A stretch of 64,000 nucleotides of DNA from Nostoc sp. (GTDB taxonomy: Bacteria; Cyanobacteriota; Cyanobacteriia; Cyanobacteriales; Nostocaceae). Location of the stretch: NCBI GenBank assembly GCA_036918135.1, contig JBALDB010000051.1, positions 187,614 through 251,613 on the forward strand. Reading direction: 5' to 3'. Under the pieces are notes generated by a model. The model did not search any database, was not told the DNA's origin, and worked only from the letters and a program-made list of their open reading frames with translations. How positions within the stretch are numbered: position 1 is the first letter of the stretch; every line of letters starts with the position of its first letter. This document shows, piece by piece, positions 47,487 through 57,271 of the stretch. The position numbers and the translations under genes were made by a program.

Positions 47487-48278
47487 ATGTTCTTATATCT
47501 CTCGAAATTACTGCCACTATTTTTTTATCCACTAGGACTAGCTTGTGTAAGTTTAGTAGTAGCATTAGTCACATTGTGGAGACAACCGCGCATCGCAGCG
47601 ATCGCTATTACTCTAGCACTCACTCTACTAGTGTTTTGCAGCAACGCTTGGATTGCTAGATCGCTAGTGCGATCGCTAGAATGGCAGAATCTCCCACTTG
47701 CTGAAATACCGAATGCAGAAGCGATTGTGGTTTTGGGTGGTGCTACCAAATCAGCTTTCCCGCCAAGACCTACCGTTGATTTGAGTGAATCAGGCGACCG
47801 GGTAATTTATGCCGCCCAACTTTATCGCCAAAAAAAAGCGCCTATAATCATCCTTAGCGGTGGTCGAATCGATTGGCGTGGTAGCGGTTCGCCAGAATCA
47901 GGAGATATGGCAACAATTCTCACATCTATTGGTATTCCATCCCAGGCAATTATCCAGGAACCTGAGTCTCTGAATACTTATCAAAATGCTATAAATGTCC
48001 GAAAAATTCTAGAAGCGCGTGGGATTAAACAAGTATTATTGATAACTTCAGCAATTCATATGCCGCGATCGCTTAAGATTTTCCAACGTCAAGGAATCAA
48101 TGTTATTGCTGCACCGACTGATTTTCTAGTTAGTCAAGGCGAGCTGCAAGAAATCGGCAGCACTCCCAAAGCCGCTATACTGAATTTATTACCTGATACT
48201 GACAACCTGCACCAATTTACCACTGCATTAAAAGAGTACATTGGTTCATTTGTCTATCGCTTACGCGGTTGGCTGTAA
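47487..48278 (+). CDS. YdcF/DUF218 (ElyC/SanA-like) membrane protein
   Basis: AIVVLGG, LSGG, SLNTYQNA, ITSAIHMPRS, LKEYIG. True start taken as MFLYLSK at 47487. Confidence 0.88.
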   Translation: MFLYLSKLLPLFFYPLGLACVSLVVALVTLWRQPRIAAIAITLALTLLVFCSNAWIARSLVRSLEWQNLPLAEIPNAEAIVVLGGATKSAFPPRPTVDLSESGDRVIYAAQLYRQKKAPIIILSGGRIDWRGSGSPESGDMATILTSIGIPSQAIIQEPESLNTYQNAINVRKILEARGIKQVLLITSAIHMPRSLKIFQRQGINVIAAPTDFLVSQGELQEIGSTPKAAILNLLPDTDNLHQFTTALKEYIGSFVYRLRGWL

Positions 48279-48286
48279 TTAAGATT

Positions 48287-48511
48287 ATGTCTAGAAATTT
48301 ACCTTATATTATTATCCCATCGCCTCAACCCGAAGTTGAGGAGAGTTTTGCCACTTACCAAACAACCCATCAGTTTTATTATGAAGTTGAGAAGCGGGCA
48401 GAGTTTCGCCGTCATTGTGAATGGTATTATACTACAGCAGAACGCAACCGCCAAGACCTACAAAAAATGCGCGGCGAACTGAATATTTTCCAGTGGTTTC
48501 GCCGCCGATGA
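48287..48511 (+). CDS. Small hypothetical protein
   Basis: ATG at 48287 just after the ydcF stop; protein-like composition (FYYEV...HCEWY...MRGELNIFQWF). Confidence 0.65.
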   Translation: MSRNLPYIIIPSPQPEVEESFATYQTTHQFYYEVEKRAEFRRHCEWYYTTAERNRQDLQKMRGELNIFQWFRRR

Positions 48512-48516
48512 ATAAT

Positions 48517-48738
48517 TTAGATGACTTCTAACTCATTCTCACGTAAATGAGCTTTAAATTTTTTGCTAAACCGGACTAAAATCGGCAGATTAGCGCTTAC
48601 AGGTCTACCTTGCCATTCAGTAACAACACCTGTGACTTCGCCTTCTGTGCCTTTGAGGTCAAAAGCCTGATTTCGATGTTCGGGATGATGATAGACTACC
48701 ACCGATTCTTTAACGCGCACGCGATCGCCAACTTTCAT
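48517..48738 (-). CDS. ftrV: Ferredoxin-thioredoxin reductase variable chain
   Basis: MKVGDRVRVKESVVVYHHP...WQGRPVSANLP...FKAHLRENELEV. Confidence 0.92.
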   Translation of the reverse strand: MKVGDRVRVKESVVVYHHPEHRNQAFDLKGTEGEVTGVVTEWQGRPVSANLPILVRFSKKFKAHLRENELEVI

Positions 48739-49182
48739 AACAACATTCACACCTAGCATTTGCTTTTTCACAACTATCTGCTACAAAATATATGATTAAA
48801 CTGCCAAAAATTTGATTTAATCACCTATTTCTTGACATTTCACAGGGGTGCAACGGCGCATTGATCCCTATGCGTCCAGACACGTCTTAGCCATCCGTGC
48901 ATACATCTCCAAGTTTTTTTTGCCGCGTTAATATGTATCGCCCTCACCCTCCAGTTTTACCCCAAAACCTGGGAAACGAAAGAAAATCAAGCGATATCAG
49001 ATATCCTGACTACTTGGGCAACAGATCCAACCTTTTTATCTTCACTCTATGATGTTCCCCAGGTCAACTTCCTCACCAATTTTCACTAGTGGGTGGGCAT
49101 GGGGCATTGCTAAAAAAATTTGCCTGCTTTAAATCCCTGGCATCTTTTAGGGGTTGCCCAATTGCGGTATCAACAGGACTTA

Positions 49183-49305
49183 GGGACTTCCAAATACAAA
49201 AAACATTCAATTTTTCTTGTGGGGTGGACATCTTGTCCGCCCCAAGCATTGGGCGGGCGAGACGCCCACCCCACAAGATTGAATAATTTATTTCTTGGTA
49301 ATCCC
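49183..49305. mobile_element. MITE with GGGACTTCCA-type ends and TTA target duplication, copy 1
   Basis: tta|GGGACTTCCAAATACAAAAAACATTCAAT...ATTGAATAATTTATTTCTTGGTAATCCC|tta; carries two GC-rich palindromes. Confidence 0.7.
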
Positions 49306-52300
49306 TTAATGCAATTTCAGTTTCTTCTCCAGCAGTGCTTTTATTTGCTGGGCATGGGTATTTTCAGGAAACACCCGCAGTAAATCTTTTAAATATTGAA
49401 TGGCATCTCGGATCTTGGTTTGCGAAGTGGTCTGCTCAAGTGTGGTCTGATATAACTCTTGGGCGGTTGAGAGATTGCCTGCAACGAGATGATACAGTGC
49501 CAGATCGAAGGTGTTTTCGTAATTGTCTGGTTTTTCAGTGTGTTTTTGTTGGGCAATTTGGATAGCGGTGTCTAAATCAGCTTCGGCGGACTCGGCTTGC
49601 TGGAGGGCGAGGTAGACAAGGGCGCGAAGGTATCGGTAGAAATCATCTTTAGGGTCAAGTTCAATGGCGCAGTTGAAGTCTTGTAGCGCTTGATCATAGC
49701 GTTCCATTAAGCAATAGGTATAGCCTCGACGAGCAATCGCCCAATCATACTTGGAGTTAATTTCGATGGCGCGGTTCAAGTCTAGCAGTGCTTCCTCATA
49801 GCGTTCCATCAAGCGATAAGTAATGCCTCGATTTGCGATTGCCCAATCATATTTGGGATCAAGTTCAATAGCACGATTGAAGTCTAGCAGTGCTTCCTCA
49901 TAGCGTTCCATCATGCCATAGGTAATGCCTCGATTTGCGATTGCCCAATCATCTTTGGGATCGAGTTCAATGGCACGATTGAAGTCTAGCAGTGCTTCTT
50001 CGTAGCGCTCCATTAAGCGATAGGTAATGCCTCGACTTGCAATCCTAAAATCATTTTTGGGGTCAAGTTCAATGAGACAATTGAAATCTTGCAACGCTTC
50101 TTCGTAGCGTTCCATCAAGCGATAGGTAATGCCTCGCTGTGCAATCGCCGAATCATCTTGAGGGTTAAGTTCAATAAGACAATTGAAATCTTGCAACGCT
50201 TCTTCGTAGCGTTCCATCATGCCATAGGTAATGCCTCGCTGTGCAATCGCCTCATAATATTGGCGATTAAGTTCAATGGCGTGGTGTAAGTCTTGCAATG
50301 CTTCTTCGTACTGTTTCATCAAGCGATAGGTCTTGCCACGACTTGCGATCGCTGCCACATATCGGGGGTAAAGTTCAATAGCGCGATCAAAGTTTTGTAA
50401 TGCTTTATCATACTGCTCCTTCGAGCGGTAGCCTTCAGCGCAACGAAAGAAAACTTGAGAATTAATTAGGTGTGGATGGGTGTCGATTCTACGTTGAGCA
50501 AGAGATTCCCTCAACAAGTCATGCATGAAGCGATACCGACCACCAGCACGCTGGAGCAATAGCCGTTCTGTTGCATAGTTGAGAAAACGAGCATAGTCCC
50601 AAGGAATCGAGTTAGTGCAATACAAAGATAAACGCACTAGAAAATGATTGATGCAGATATATCCCCCTCCCAGCCCAATCCATAGTAGTGGAGCTATGGA
50701 CAAGGAATTTAGCACAATGTAATCAAGGGAAGACGCTGAACGTTGTGTAAGACAAACTATCAAGGTATGCAAAAGCACAAATATTAGCGTAATTGGGATT
50801 GCATTTCGCCACAAGTTCTTAATTCCTTGATTTGGCACTGATAGAGTTTTAATTTTAAAGCGCCATTCTTCAAAGTCGAAGTCCAATGTTGGTATATTAA
50901 AGTTGAAGTCCAATGTTGGTATATTAAATTCATTGAATTTATTAATTAGTACGCTAATTTGAGTAGGGACTGATATACCCTTCCAAGATGACAGCTTGCG
51001 TAATACTTTTTGTCGTTTGAGACTTGATAATGAGATTTGGACGCCTCCCACAACTGATTCTATCTGTGGCAAATTCTTTAAGACATTTATGCCAAGCACC
51101 AAGCTATAGAAACAGCCAATCCCAAATCCCAGCCAAAAACGAGAGCTTTCACCAATCCGAGGTAGATTGACCAACCTATAGAATCGTCCCCAAAAAATTC
51201 CAACAAGGATTAGCCCCCAACCAATTACGCCACCGATTAGCCCCCAACAAATTACGGCAAAAATAGTAAATAGCCATTTTTGAAGGGGTGTTGACAGCCA
51301 TGTTATTTCAATTTGCTCAATCAAAAACTCGGTTTCTGATTCTTGCAAAAGCTCTAAGGCGAGAATTTCTAGCCACTTCTGACTCTGTTCGGGGCTAGGA
51401 ATCTTTCGCTGACGATAGGCACGGCTAGGGGTATCCTGTGTCAACATTCGTCGTACATAGGCATCTAACAGTAGATTTAAGCGATCGCCCGTCGAAGTTC
51501 TGCGTCGCCACTGGATTGGGTCTAGTTCTTTATAAGCAAGTATCGCCATTGACAGCAACAACGGTCTGCGAATCAGCGCCAGAAAATTCGCATCTGCCAC
51601 CAAGCTCTGTTTGAGTTCATTTCGGTTCGTCTCTGCTAAAAAAGTCTCGATCTGTTCATCCGTCAAGTCTTGAAGATAAACTCCTCCATCGAGTTCCAGC
51701 TTTTGAGTATAAGCCTCATACTGTTCGCGCCGACAGCACAATGCTACCTGTCTGGGACGCAAATCTGATTTTAACCACTGGTTAATTGCCTGCACGCAAT
51801 CCTGCTGATACTCTGGGCGCACTTCATCTAGTCCATCCAGCAAGGGTATTAACCGTTTTTCCTCTAGCCATTGTTTAATTTGCTGTGGCAAAAAGCCATA
51901 TCTCTCTCGCACCTTGCTAGCCAGCCAATTGGCGATCGACCAGACAGGTGCTTGTTCAGGAAGAGACTCAGAGAGATTTTTCTGGGAAACCGATCGGAAT
52001 CTAGATGTAACTCCACTTTGCCTAGAAGCTGATTGAGATGTGGTAGGTTGCCAATCGGAAAGATCGACCAGGACAGGAATGCGCTGTTGCGAATCGTTTT
52101 CTGCCCTTTCCACCAATTCTAGAGCTAAGTCTAGCAAGCTCGTCGTTTTACCTGCCCCCGGTTCACCCAAAATCAGTAATCGCCCCGAACATTGGTCAAA
52201 TACCTGCCCAATAGTCGTTTCCGGTGACAATAGCTGACTCGGCTGAGCGATCGCCACTTTCACCTCCATACCCCAAGGACGAACTTGTTGCGGTTGCGTC

Positions 52301-52506
52301 TCCTTGTGCAAATTCAGCCTAACGGCATGGTGCAGTTGTCCCTCAAGTCTGGATTCAACCCATTGCTTGACTGTTGCCAGCAAATCCTTTTCGGCGGGAG
52401 GGCGCACCGTCTCCTGTGACTTAAGCAGTACATTGCCATTTACCCGCTCAATATTGATTTGGTCGCGTCCCAGGTTGCCATACCCCCGCCTACTCCGTTT
52501 TCCCAT
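49306..52506 (-). CDS. NLR-like protein: N-terminal GRDQINIE motif, NACHT NTPase, membrane segments, TPR array
   Basis: Walker A GEPGAGKT, Walker B LLDGLDEV, RPLLL, hydrophobic helices, GGRYRFMHDLL, and about 8 near-identical 34-aa TPRs. Confidence 0.88.
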   Translation of the reverse strand: MGKRSRRGYGNLGRDQINIERVNGNVLLKSQETVRPPAEKDLLATVKQWVESRLEGQLHHAVRLNLHKETQPQQVRPWGMEVKVAIAQPSQLLSPETTIGQVFDQCSGRLLILGEPGAGKTTSLLDLALELVERAENDSQQRIPVLVDLSDWQPTTSQSASRQSGVTSRFRSVSQKNLSESLPEQAPVWSIANWLASKVRERYGFLPQQIKQWLEEKRLIPLLDGLDEVRPEYQQDCVQAINQWLKSDLRPRQVALCCRREQYEAYTQKLELDGGVYLQDLTDEQIETFLAETNRNELKQSLVADANFLALIRRPLLLSMAILAYKELDPIQWRRRTSTGDRLNLLLDAYVRRMLTQDTPSRAYRQRKIPSPEQSQKWLEILALELLQESETEFLIEQIEITWLSTPLQKWLFTIFAVICWGLIGGVIGWGLILVGIFWGRFYRLVNLPRIGESSRFWLGFGIGCFYSLVLGINVLKNLPQIESVVGGVQISLSSLKRQKVLRKLSSWKGISVPTQISVLINKFNEFNIPTLDFNFNIPTLDFDFEEWRFKIKTLSVPNQGIKNLWRNAIPITLIFVLLHTLIVCLTQRSASSLDYIVLNSLSIAPLLWIGLGGGYICINHFLVRLSLYCTNSIPWDYARFLNYATERLLLQRAGGRYRFMHDLLRESLAQRRIDTHPHLINSQVFFRCAEGYRSKEQYDKALQNFDRAIELYPRYVAAIASRGKTYRLMKQYEEALQDLHHAIELNRQYYEAIAQRGITYGMMERYEEALQDFNCLIELNPQDDSAIAQRGITYRLMERYEEALQDFNCLIELDPKNDFRIASRGITYRLMERYEEALLDFNRAIELDPKDDWAIANRGITYGMMERYEEALLDFNRAIELDPKYDWAIANRGITYRLMERYEEALLDLNRAIEINSKYDWAIARRGYTYCLMERYDQALQDFNCAIELDPKDDFYRYLRALVYLALQQAESAEADLDTAIQIAQQKHTEKPDNYENTFDLALYHLVAGNLSTAQELYQTTLEQTTSQTKIRDAIQYLKDLLRVFPENTHAQQIKALLEKKLKLH

Positions 52507-52508
52507 GC

Positions 52509-52922
52509 CTATGACCCGCCAATTCTGGGATTACCTTCAATTTTTTCAATATTGATTTGGTCGCGGCCGTAGTTTTTATACTCCCGATTCGAGGTAGTTT
52601 GATTTTGGATATTGATAATCTGCTGTGCTACCTGCTGCAGTTCTGCCGCAAACACAGCATCATCGGACATTGCATCATCCAAGTACACTTCTAACTTACT
52701 CAGTGCTGCTGGGGAATGGTCGGTTTCCACTGCTGCAATCGCCGCTTCTGCTTTGGCATTTCCTTGAAACTTAGCAGTGATTTTATCCCGTAGCCCTTTT
52801 GCTAAGGAAATCGCCCCGCCCACAGTCTTCTTCGCTACTTCCCCAGCCCCCGACTTAGCAAACTCCTGAAATGCGAGGTTGAGAATTGCCCCTGCCGCGA
52901 TCGTAGTTACTGGATCAGTCAT
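52509..52922 (-). CDS. Small helical protein resembling a Bell domain, with a C-terminal amyloid-like motif shared with the NLR N-terminus
   Basis: Hydrophobic N-terminus, helical body with L...MSDDAVFAAEL, Q/N-rich tail YKNYGRDQINIEKIEGN; ends 2 bp before the NLR ATG. Confidence 0.7.
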   Translation of the reverse strand: MTDPVTTIAAGAILNLAFQEFAKSGAGEVAKKTVGGAISLAKGLRDKITAKFQGNAKAEAAIAAVETDHSPAALSKLEVYLDDAMSDDAVFAAELQQVAQQIINIQNQTTSNREYKNYGRDQINIEKIEGNPRIGGS

Positions 52923-53121
52923 CTCAATTCTTCAAAATCACCATTTTTCTATTATCCTATGGCCTCCGTGGTGTCTATAAGATTTTCAGTAAAATCATGA
53001 ACATTTTACAATTTACACATATAGCTATCGATCGCCTTTGCCAAAGTCATGTAAAGTTATGTGTGGTGCGATCGCTTCACAATATCAGTTCACCAGTTGA
53101 AACTTTTACTACACGGCTTCC

Positions 53122-53310
53122 AAGTTGAGCGAAGCGGCTTCTGAGTTGAGCGAAGTGGCTTTTGAGTTGAGCAAAGCGGCTTCTGAGTTGAGCGAAGTGG
53201 CTTCTGAGTTGAGTAAGGTGGCTTGTAAGTTGAGTGAAGTGGCTTCCGACTTAAGCAAAGCAGCTTGTGAGTTAAGCAAAGCCGCTTTTGAGTTGAGTAA
53301 AGTGGCTTTT
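53122..53310 (+). repeat. Nine tandem 21-bp repeats (GAGTTGAGCRAAGYGGCTTYT)
   Basis: Units counted directly from the sequence; no spacers; translate as ELS(E/K)(A/V)A(S/F/C) heptads. Confidence 0.85.
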
Positions 53311-53359
53311 GCTTTTAATTGAACTCTCAGCCACTACCCCATGCTCCATTTTCCATTCC

Positions 53360-55345
53360 CTACTTCTTACCCGGACACACTTGCTGTACTCTTGAAGGCA
53401 GTTGCCGACATAGTCGCTCAAATCCTTGAGAATTAATTTGCCACCAAGCAAATAATCCCAGACTTGTACCCCCTGCAAGCAATGCCAAAACTCCCCCCAC
53501 GATTAGCAAACGTTTACGTAGACGAGGTTTTTCGATTAAAGTTGGCGGAATTTCTGGAGTTGTAACTGGTTCCTCTGGAACATCCAAATCTAGATGCAAA
53601 TCTGGTAACGCTTGCGAACTTTCTGCCAAGGAAGTTGGTTCTTCTTGTTCTTGTAAATCTTCTTGTTCTTCTGGTTGTTCTATTTCTGCTTCTACAATTT
53701 CTACTGGTGATGAAGGGGTAACAGGTGCTAAATATTCTGGGGAAACACGGTAATAAGTAAGAACCACCGAGATATTATCACGCCCATTTTTTTCATTTGC
53801 TAGATTAATCCAATTGCGGACAGCATCTTCAACTGTAACTTCACCCGTCAACACAGGTTTTGCATAATCTTGCCAAGATTGTTCTACCCAATTATTATCG
53901 CTTAAACCATCAGAACACAGTAGCAATATACCATCTTCTTCAACGATAAAACGCTGAACCCTCACACGCAAGGATTCTGCATCTCTTGTCCCCAAAGCTT
54001 GAGTTAGGGCGGTAGCATCGGGTCTTAAAAGTGCCTTTCGATACAAGCTTTTAGCAAAACGTACTTCCCGCGTCGTCACATCATCATCGATTGTGAGTAG
54101 CTGACAATAATCAGCAGTAATCCAGTAAGCACGGCTATCGCCAACATTAATTAAGTATAATTCGTGGCTATTGTTTGATTGCCGTCCAGAAATAGTCTGA
54201 ATTCGTTGGGGAATTTGCACAGACATGACGATAGTTGTCGCCATGCGTTCTCTACCTTGGCGTTTTTGCTCGTTATTGCGAGCAGAAATTAGATTATTCA
54301 CCACTCGTAAACTGATTTCTAGTTGTTCCTGCAACAACTCTGGCGATACAAGTTGACTTTGTGCTGCTACCTCCGTTAATAAAGCGCGAATTTGCAACTT
54401 TACAGACTCTACAGCTAACCGACTAGCAACCTCACCGCCTTCGTGTCCACCAATGCCATCACAAACAATCGACAAGTAAGGCACTAAAGCCTCGTCCAAG
54501 TCACTAAAACCACCGGGATAGCAAGTGTCTTCATTTTGCGGCATTACTAAACCAGCATCTGTGGAGCCTGCTACCTTTACACTTAGAGGTAACTCTGCCG
54601 CAGATGCTAGGAGTAAATTATTGAGTTGGGTAACAATAGCATCTAAATCTACCTTAGTTTCACACATCTGCTCGACTATATTCTGCAACCGTTTGGCTAT
54701 GAATGTTTTTGCAGACGCTACCAAAGGCTGCCAACACTGTCCTAAATCCTGTAAACTCAGCTTATCGGCTGCTGGTGTTTGGTAGAGTTCCAACAGTCGC
54801 ACACACCAACCTTGGACTCTCAAATTATCTCGCACCAATAAACTGCGAGTGAGTCCCAATTCTGATAAAGGTGTCCAAAGTTGGAGAATTTGCCACAGCC
54901 AATAAACTTGTCGTACCGCCGTTGCTTGCTGCCATGTCTGGGCAATAGTCGGGTAAATATGTCCCGTTTCATCTATCGGCACATTTTCCAATAAAAGAAT
55001 ATCACCATTACCCTCTTCAACATCGCGAGCAAATCCATAAACCTGGGGTAAATGTAGCCGTTCTTGATATAACCGTAAATAAGGAATTACTGCTTTTGGC
55101 AATTCCTCAGGTACATCAGGCGGTAGCCCTGGTTGAGTATCGAGCCAAACTTGCTGTCTAATTACCTCATATCTATTTGCTACCTTAGTGCCTAATGGCA
55201 TTTTGGCGGACAACGAGCCAACAGTCCAGAGATAGCGATGAACTAAAGGAGTTTGACAACCGGGACAAACAGCATTTTCCTCAGAATTAATCGGAGTATT
55301 ACAGTTCTTATTTATACAATTAATTATACGTTGAGTAGAAATCAT
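53360..55345 (-). CDS. PP2C-family Ser/Thr phosphatase with N-terminal zinc ribbon and kinase-like region and a C-terminal TM helix
   Basis: NED, VCDGIGGHEGGEVAS, NVGDSRAY, LLCSDGL, GRDNISV. Confidence 0.88.
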   Translation of the reverse strand: MISTQRIINCINKNCNTPINSEENAVCPGCQTPLVHRYLWTVGSLSAKMPLGTKVANRYEVIRQQVWLDTQPGLPPDVPEELPKAVIPYLRLYQERLHLPQVYGFARDVEEGNGDILLLENVPIDETGHIYPTIAQTWQQATAVRQVYWLWQILQLWTPLSELGLTRSLLVRDNLRVQGWCVRLLELYQTPAADKLSLQDLGQCWQPLVASAKTFIAKRLQNIVEQMCETKVDLDAIVTQLNNLLLASAAELPLSVKVAGSTDAGLVMPQNEDTCYPGGFSDLDEALVPYLSIVCDGIGGHEGGEVASRLAVESVKLQIRALLTEVAAQSQLVSPELLQEQLEISLRVVNNLISARNNEQKRQGRERMATTIVMSVQIPQRIQTISGRQSNNSHELYLINVGDSRAYWITADYCQLLTIDDDVTTREVRFAKSLYRKALLRPDATALTQALGTRDAESLRVRVQRFIVEEDGILLLCSDGLSDNNWVEQSWQDYAKPVLTGEVTVEDAVRNWINLANEKNGRDNISVVLTYYRVSPEYLAPVTPSSPVEIVEAEIEQPEEQEDLQEQEEPTSLAESSQALPDLHLDLDVPEEPVTTPEIPPTLIEKPRLRKRLLIVGGVLALLAGGTSLGLFAWWQINSQGFERLCRQLPSRVQQVCPGKK

Positions 55346-55556
55346 ATCAACTCATGAATTTCGATTAAATTTAGCTGTCAACAACTTGAAGGCTAGAATA
55401 GACTGGACTTGTGTACCACTGGCTACACTTTGTTACTGAAATTAATCAAAATTATTGGTAAAAAAACCAAATTTTGCTTTCCGTTAATAGCCTACTTCTG
55501 GGTGTATCTAATCTTATAAATGCATTTACGTCAATGTAGAGTCTTAGGATAGCGCT

Positions 55557-55991
55557 ATGCCAAGTTTTACTTTAATTTGGCTTCTTGCAGGAGCAGTTCT
55601 CTGTTTAACGGAACTGTTTTTACCATCGGCGTTTGTCGCCTTCATGATGGGAATTAGCGCTTTTATCGTGGCGCTGCTGTCTGGAGTCGGTTTGATAAAT
55701 TTATGGTTGCAAATTGTAGTTTGGCTGTTGCTTTGCACAACATTAATTGTGCTTTCCCGTCGCTTTATACAGCCGCGACGACGCAAGTCAAAAATTCGAG
55801 ATGCAGTTATAGCTGAAACCCTCACAGAAATTCCACCTGGAAAAACAGGGCGAGTTCTGTACGAGGGAAATTCTTGGCAAGCACGATGTGACGATGACAA
55901 ATTCACCATAGCGCCCCATCAAAGAGTTTATGTAGTTAGGAGAGAAGGCACCACCTTGATTGTGATACCAGAAAATTTGCTGCATTCTTAA
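55557..55991 (+). CDS. NfeD family membrane protein
   Basis: Three TM helices plus OB-fold GRVLYEGNSWQAR; precedes the SPFH gene. Confidence 0.88.
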   Translation: MPSFTLIWLLAGAVLCLTELFLPSAFVAFMMGISAFIVALLSGVGLINLWLQIVVWLLLCTTLIVLSRRFIQPRRRKSKIRDAVIAETLTEIPPGKTGRVLYEGNSWQARCDDDKFTIAPHQRVYVVRREGTTLIVIPENLLHS

Positions 55992-56017
55992 AAATTGGAA
56001 ATTGATGGCTGATGGCG

Positions 56018-56220
56018 GATGACGAAAACAGGGTGTAGGGTGTGGGGTGTGGGAAGTGTGGGAGGAAAAGGAGGATGGAGAAGGAATCTTGCCTCCCTCT
56101 CTCCCCACACTTCCCATACTCCCCCATCCCCACACTCCCCACACTCCCCACACTCCCCCATCTCCTCTCTCCCCACACTTCCCACACTCCCCACACTCCT
56201 CCATTCCCCCACATTTTCCC
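56018..56220 (+). repeat. G-rich/C-rich foldback repeat element, copy 3
   Basis: Begins GATGACGAAAACAGGGTGTAG, nearly identical to the start of copy 1. Confidence 0.75.
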
Positions 56221-56260
56221 TTTCAAGTGATATTTAATTAGAAAAATCAGGAGATTTACT

Positions 56261-57271
56261 ATGGAACAGTTATTTTTACTAATGTTTTTAGCCCTTGGTG
56301 GTTCTGCTGTAGCGGGGTCTGTGAAAGTCGTCAATCAAGGCAATGAAGCTTTGGTGGAAAGATTGGGTAGCTATAACAAAAAGCTAGAACCAGGTCTAAA
56401 CCTTGTCATTCCTTTTGTGGATAAAATTGTTTACAAAGAAACCATCCGCGAAAAAGTCTTAGATATTCCTCCCCAAAAATGCATCACCCGCGACAACGTA
56501 AGCATTGAAGTGGATGCGGTGGTTTATTGGCGCATCGTGGATATGGAAAAAGCCTGGTATAAGGTTGAAAATCTCCAGTCGGCAATGGTGAACATAGTGC
56601 TTACCCAAATTCGCTCGGAAATGGGACAACTGGAACTGGATCAAACTTTTACTGCTCGTACCCAAATCAATGAACTTTTGTTGCAAGATTTGGACGTTGC
56701 CACCGATCCTTGGGGCGTAAAAGTGACGCGGGTAGAACTGCGTGATATTATTCCTTCTCAAGCAGTGCAGGAATCGATGGAATTGCAAATGTCGGCTGAA
56801 CGGCGCAGACGGGCAGCGATTTTAAATTCTGAGGGTGAACGGGAAGCTGCCGTCAATACTGCTAGAGGTAAAGCTGAGGCGCAAATCTTGGATGCCGAAG
56901 CTCGTCAAAAATCTGCAATTTTGCAAGCGGAAGCGCAACAAAAAACCATCGTCTTGCAAGCTCAAGCGGAACGTCAGCAACAAGTTCTCAAAGCTCAAGC
57001 AACCGCAGAGGCATTGCAAATTATTACCAATACTCTGAAATCTGAAGCAAATGCCCAGCAAGCGTTACAGTTTTTACTCGCTCAAAATTATCTAGAAATG
57101 GGTACAAAGATTGGCAGTAGCGACAGCAGCAAGGTAATGTTTATGGATCCGCGCACTATTCCTGCCACTTTAGAAGGGATGCGTTCGATTGTTGCAGACG
57201 CTACTAATGGGAATTCTAGCTCCTTGTTTAGTGGGGAAATACCAACAGGGAATAATAATCGGCTTGGGTGA
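56261..57271 (+). CDS. SPFH/stomatin-like (band 7) protein
   Basis: [30 protein letters not shown]. Confidence 0.92.
   Translation: MEQLFLLMFLALGGSAVAGSVKVVNQGNEALVERLGSYNKKLEPGLNLVIPFVDKIVYKETIREKVLDIPPQKCITRDNVSIEVDAVVYWRIVDMEKAWYKVENLQSAMVNIVLTQIRSEMGQLELDQTFTARTQINELLLQDLDVATDPWGVKVTRVELRDIIPSQAVQESMELQMSAERRRRAAILNSEGEREAAVNTARGKAEAQILDAEARQKSAILQAEAQQKTIVLQAQAERQQQVLKAQATAEALQIITNTLKSEANAQQALQFLLAQNYLEMGTKIGSSDSSKVMFMDPRTIPATLEGMRSIVADATNGNSSSLFSGEIPTGNNNRLG

Noticed and set aside
50878..50935. 27-bp in-frame duplication (FNIPTLDF twice) in the NLR membrane region
   Set aside because: Real, but most simply a local tandem duplication in a variable loop with no evident function.
52500..52515. 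Single fused Bell-NLR gene broken by a stop codon
   Set aside because: The two ORFs are in different frames (2-nt gap), the NLR has its own ATG, and the duplicated motif fits a two-gene design.
53122..53310. CRISPR array
   Set aside because: The 21-bp units are contiguous with no unique spacers, and no cas genes are present.
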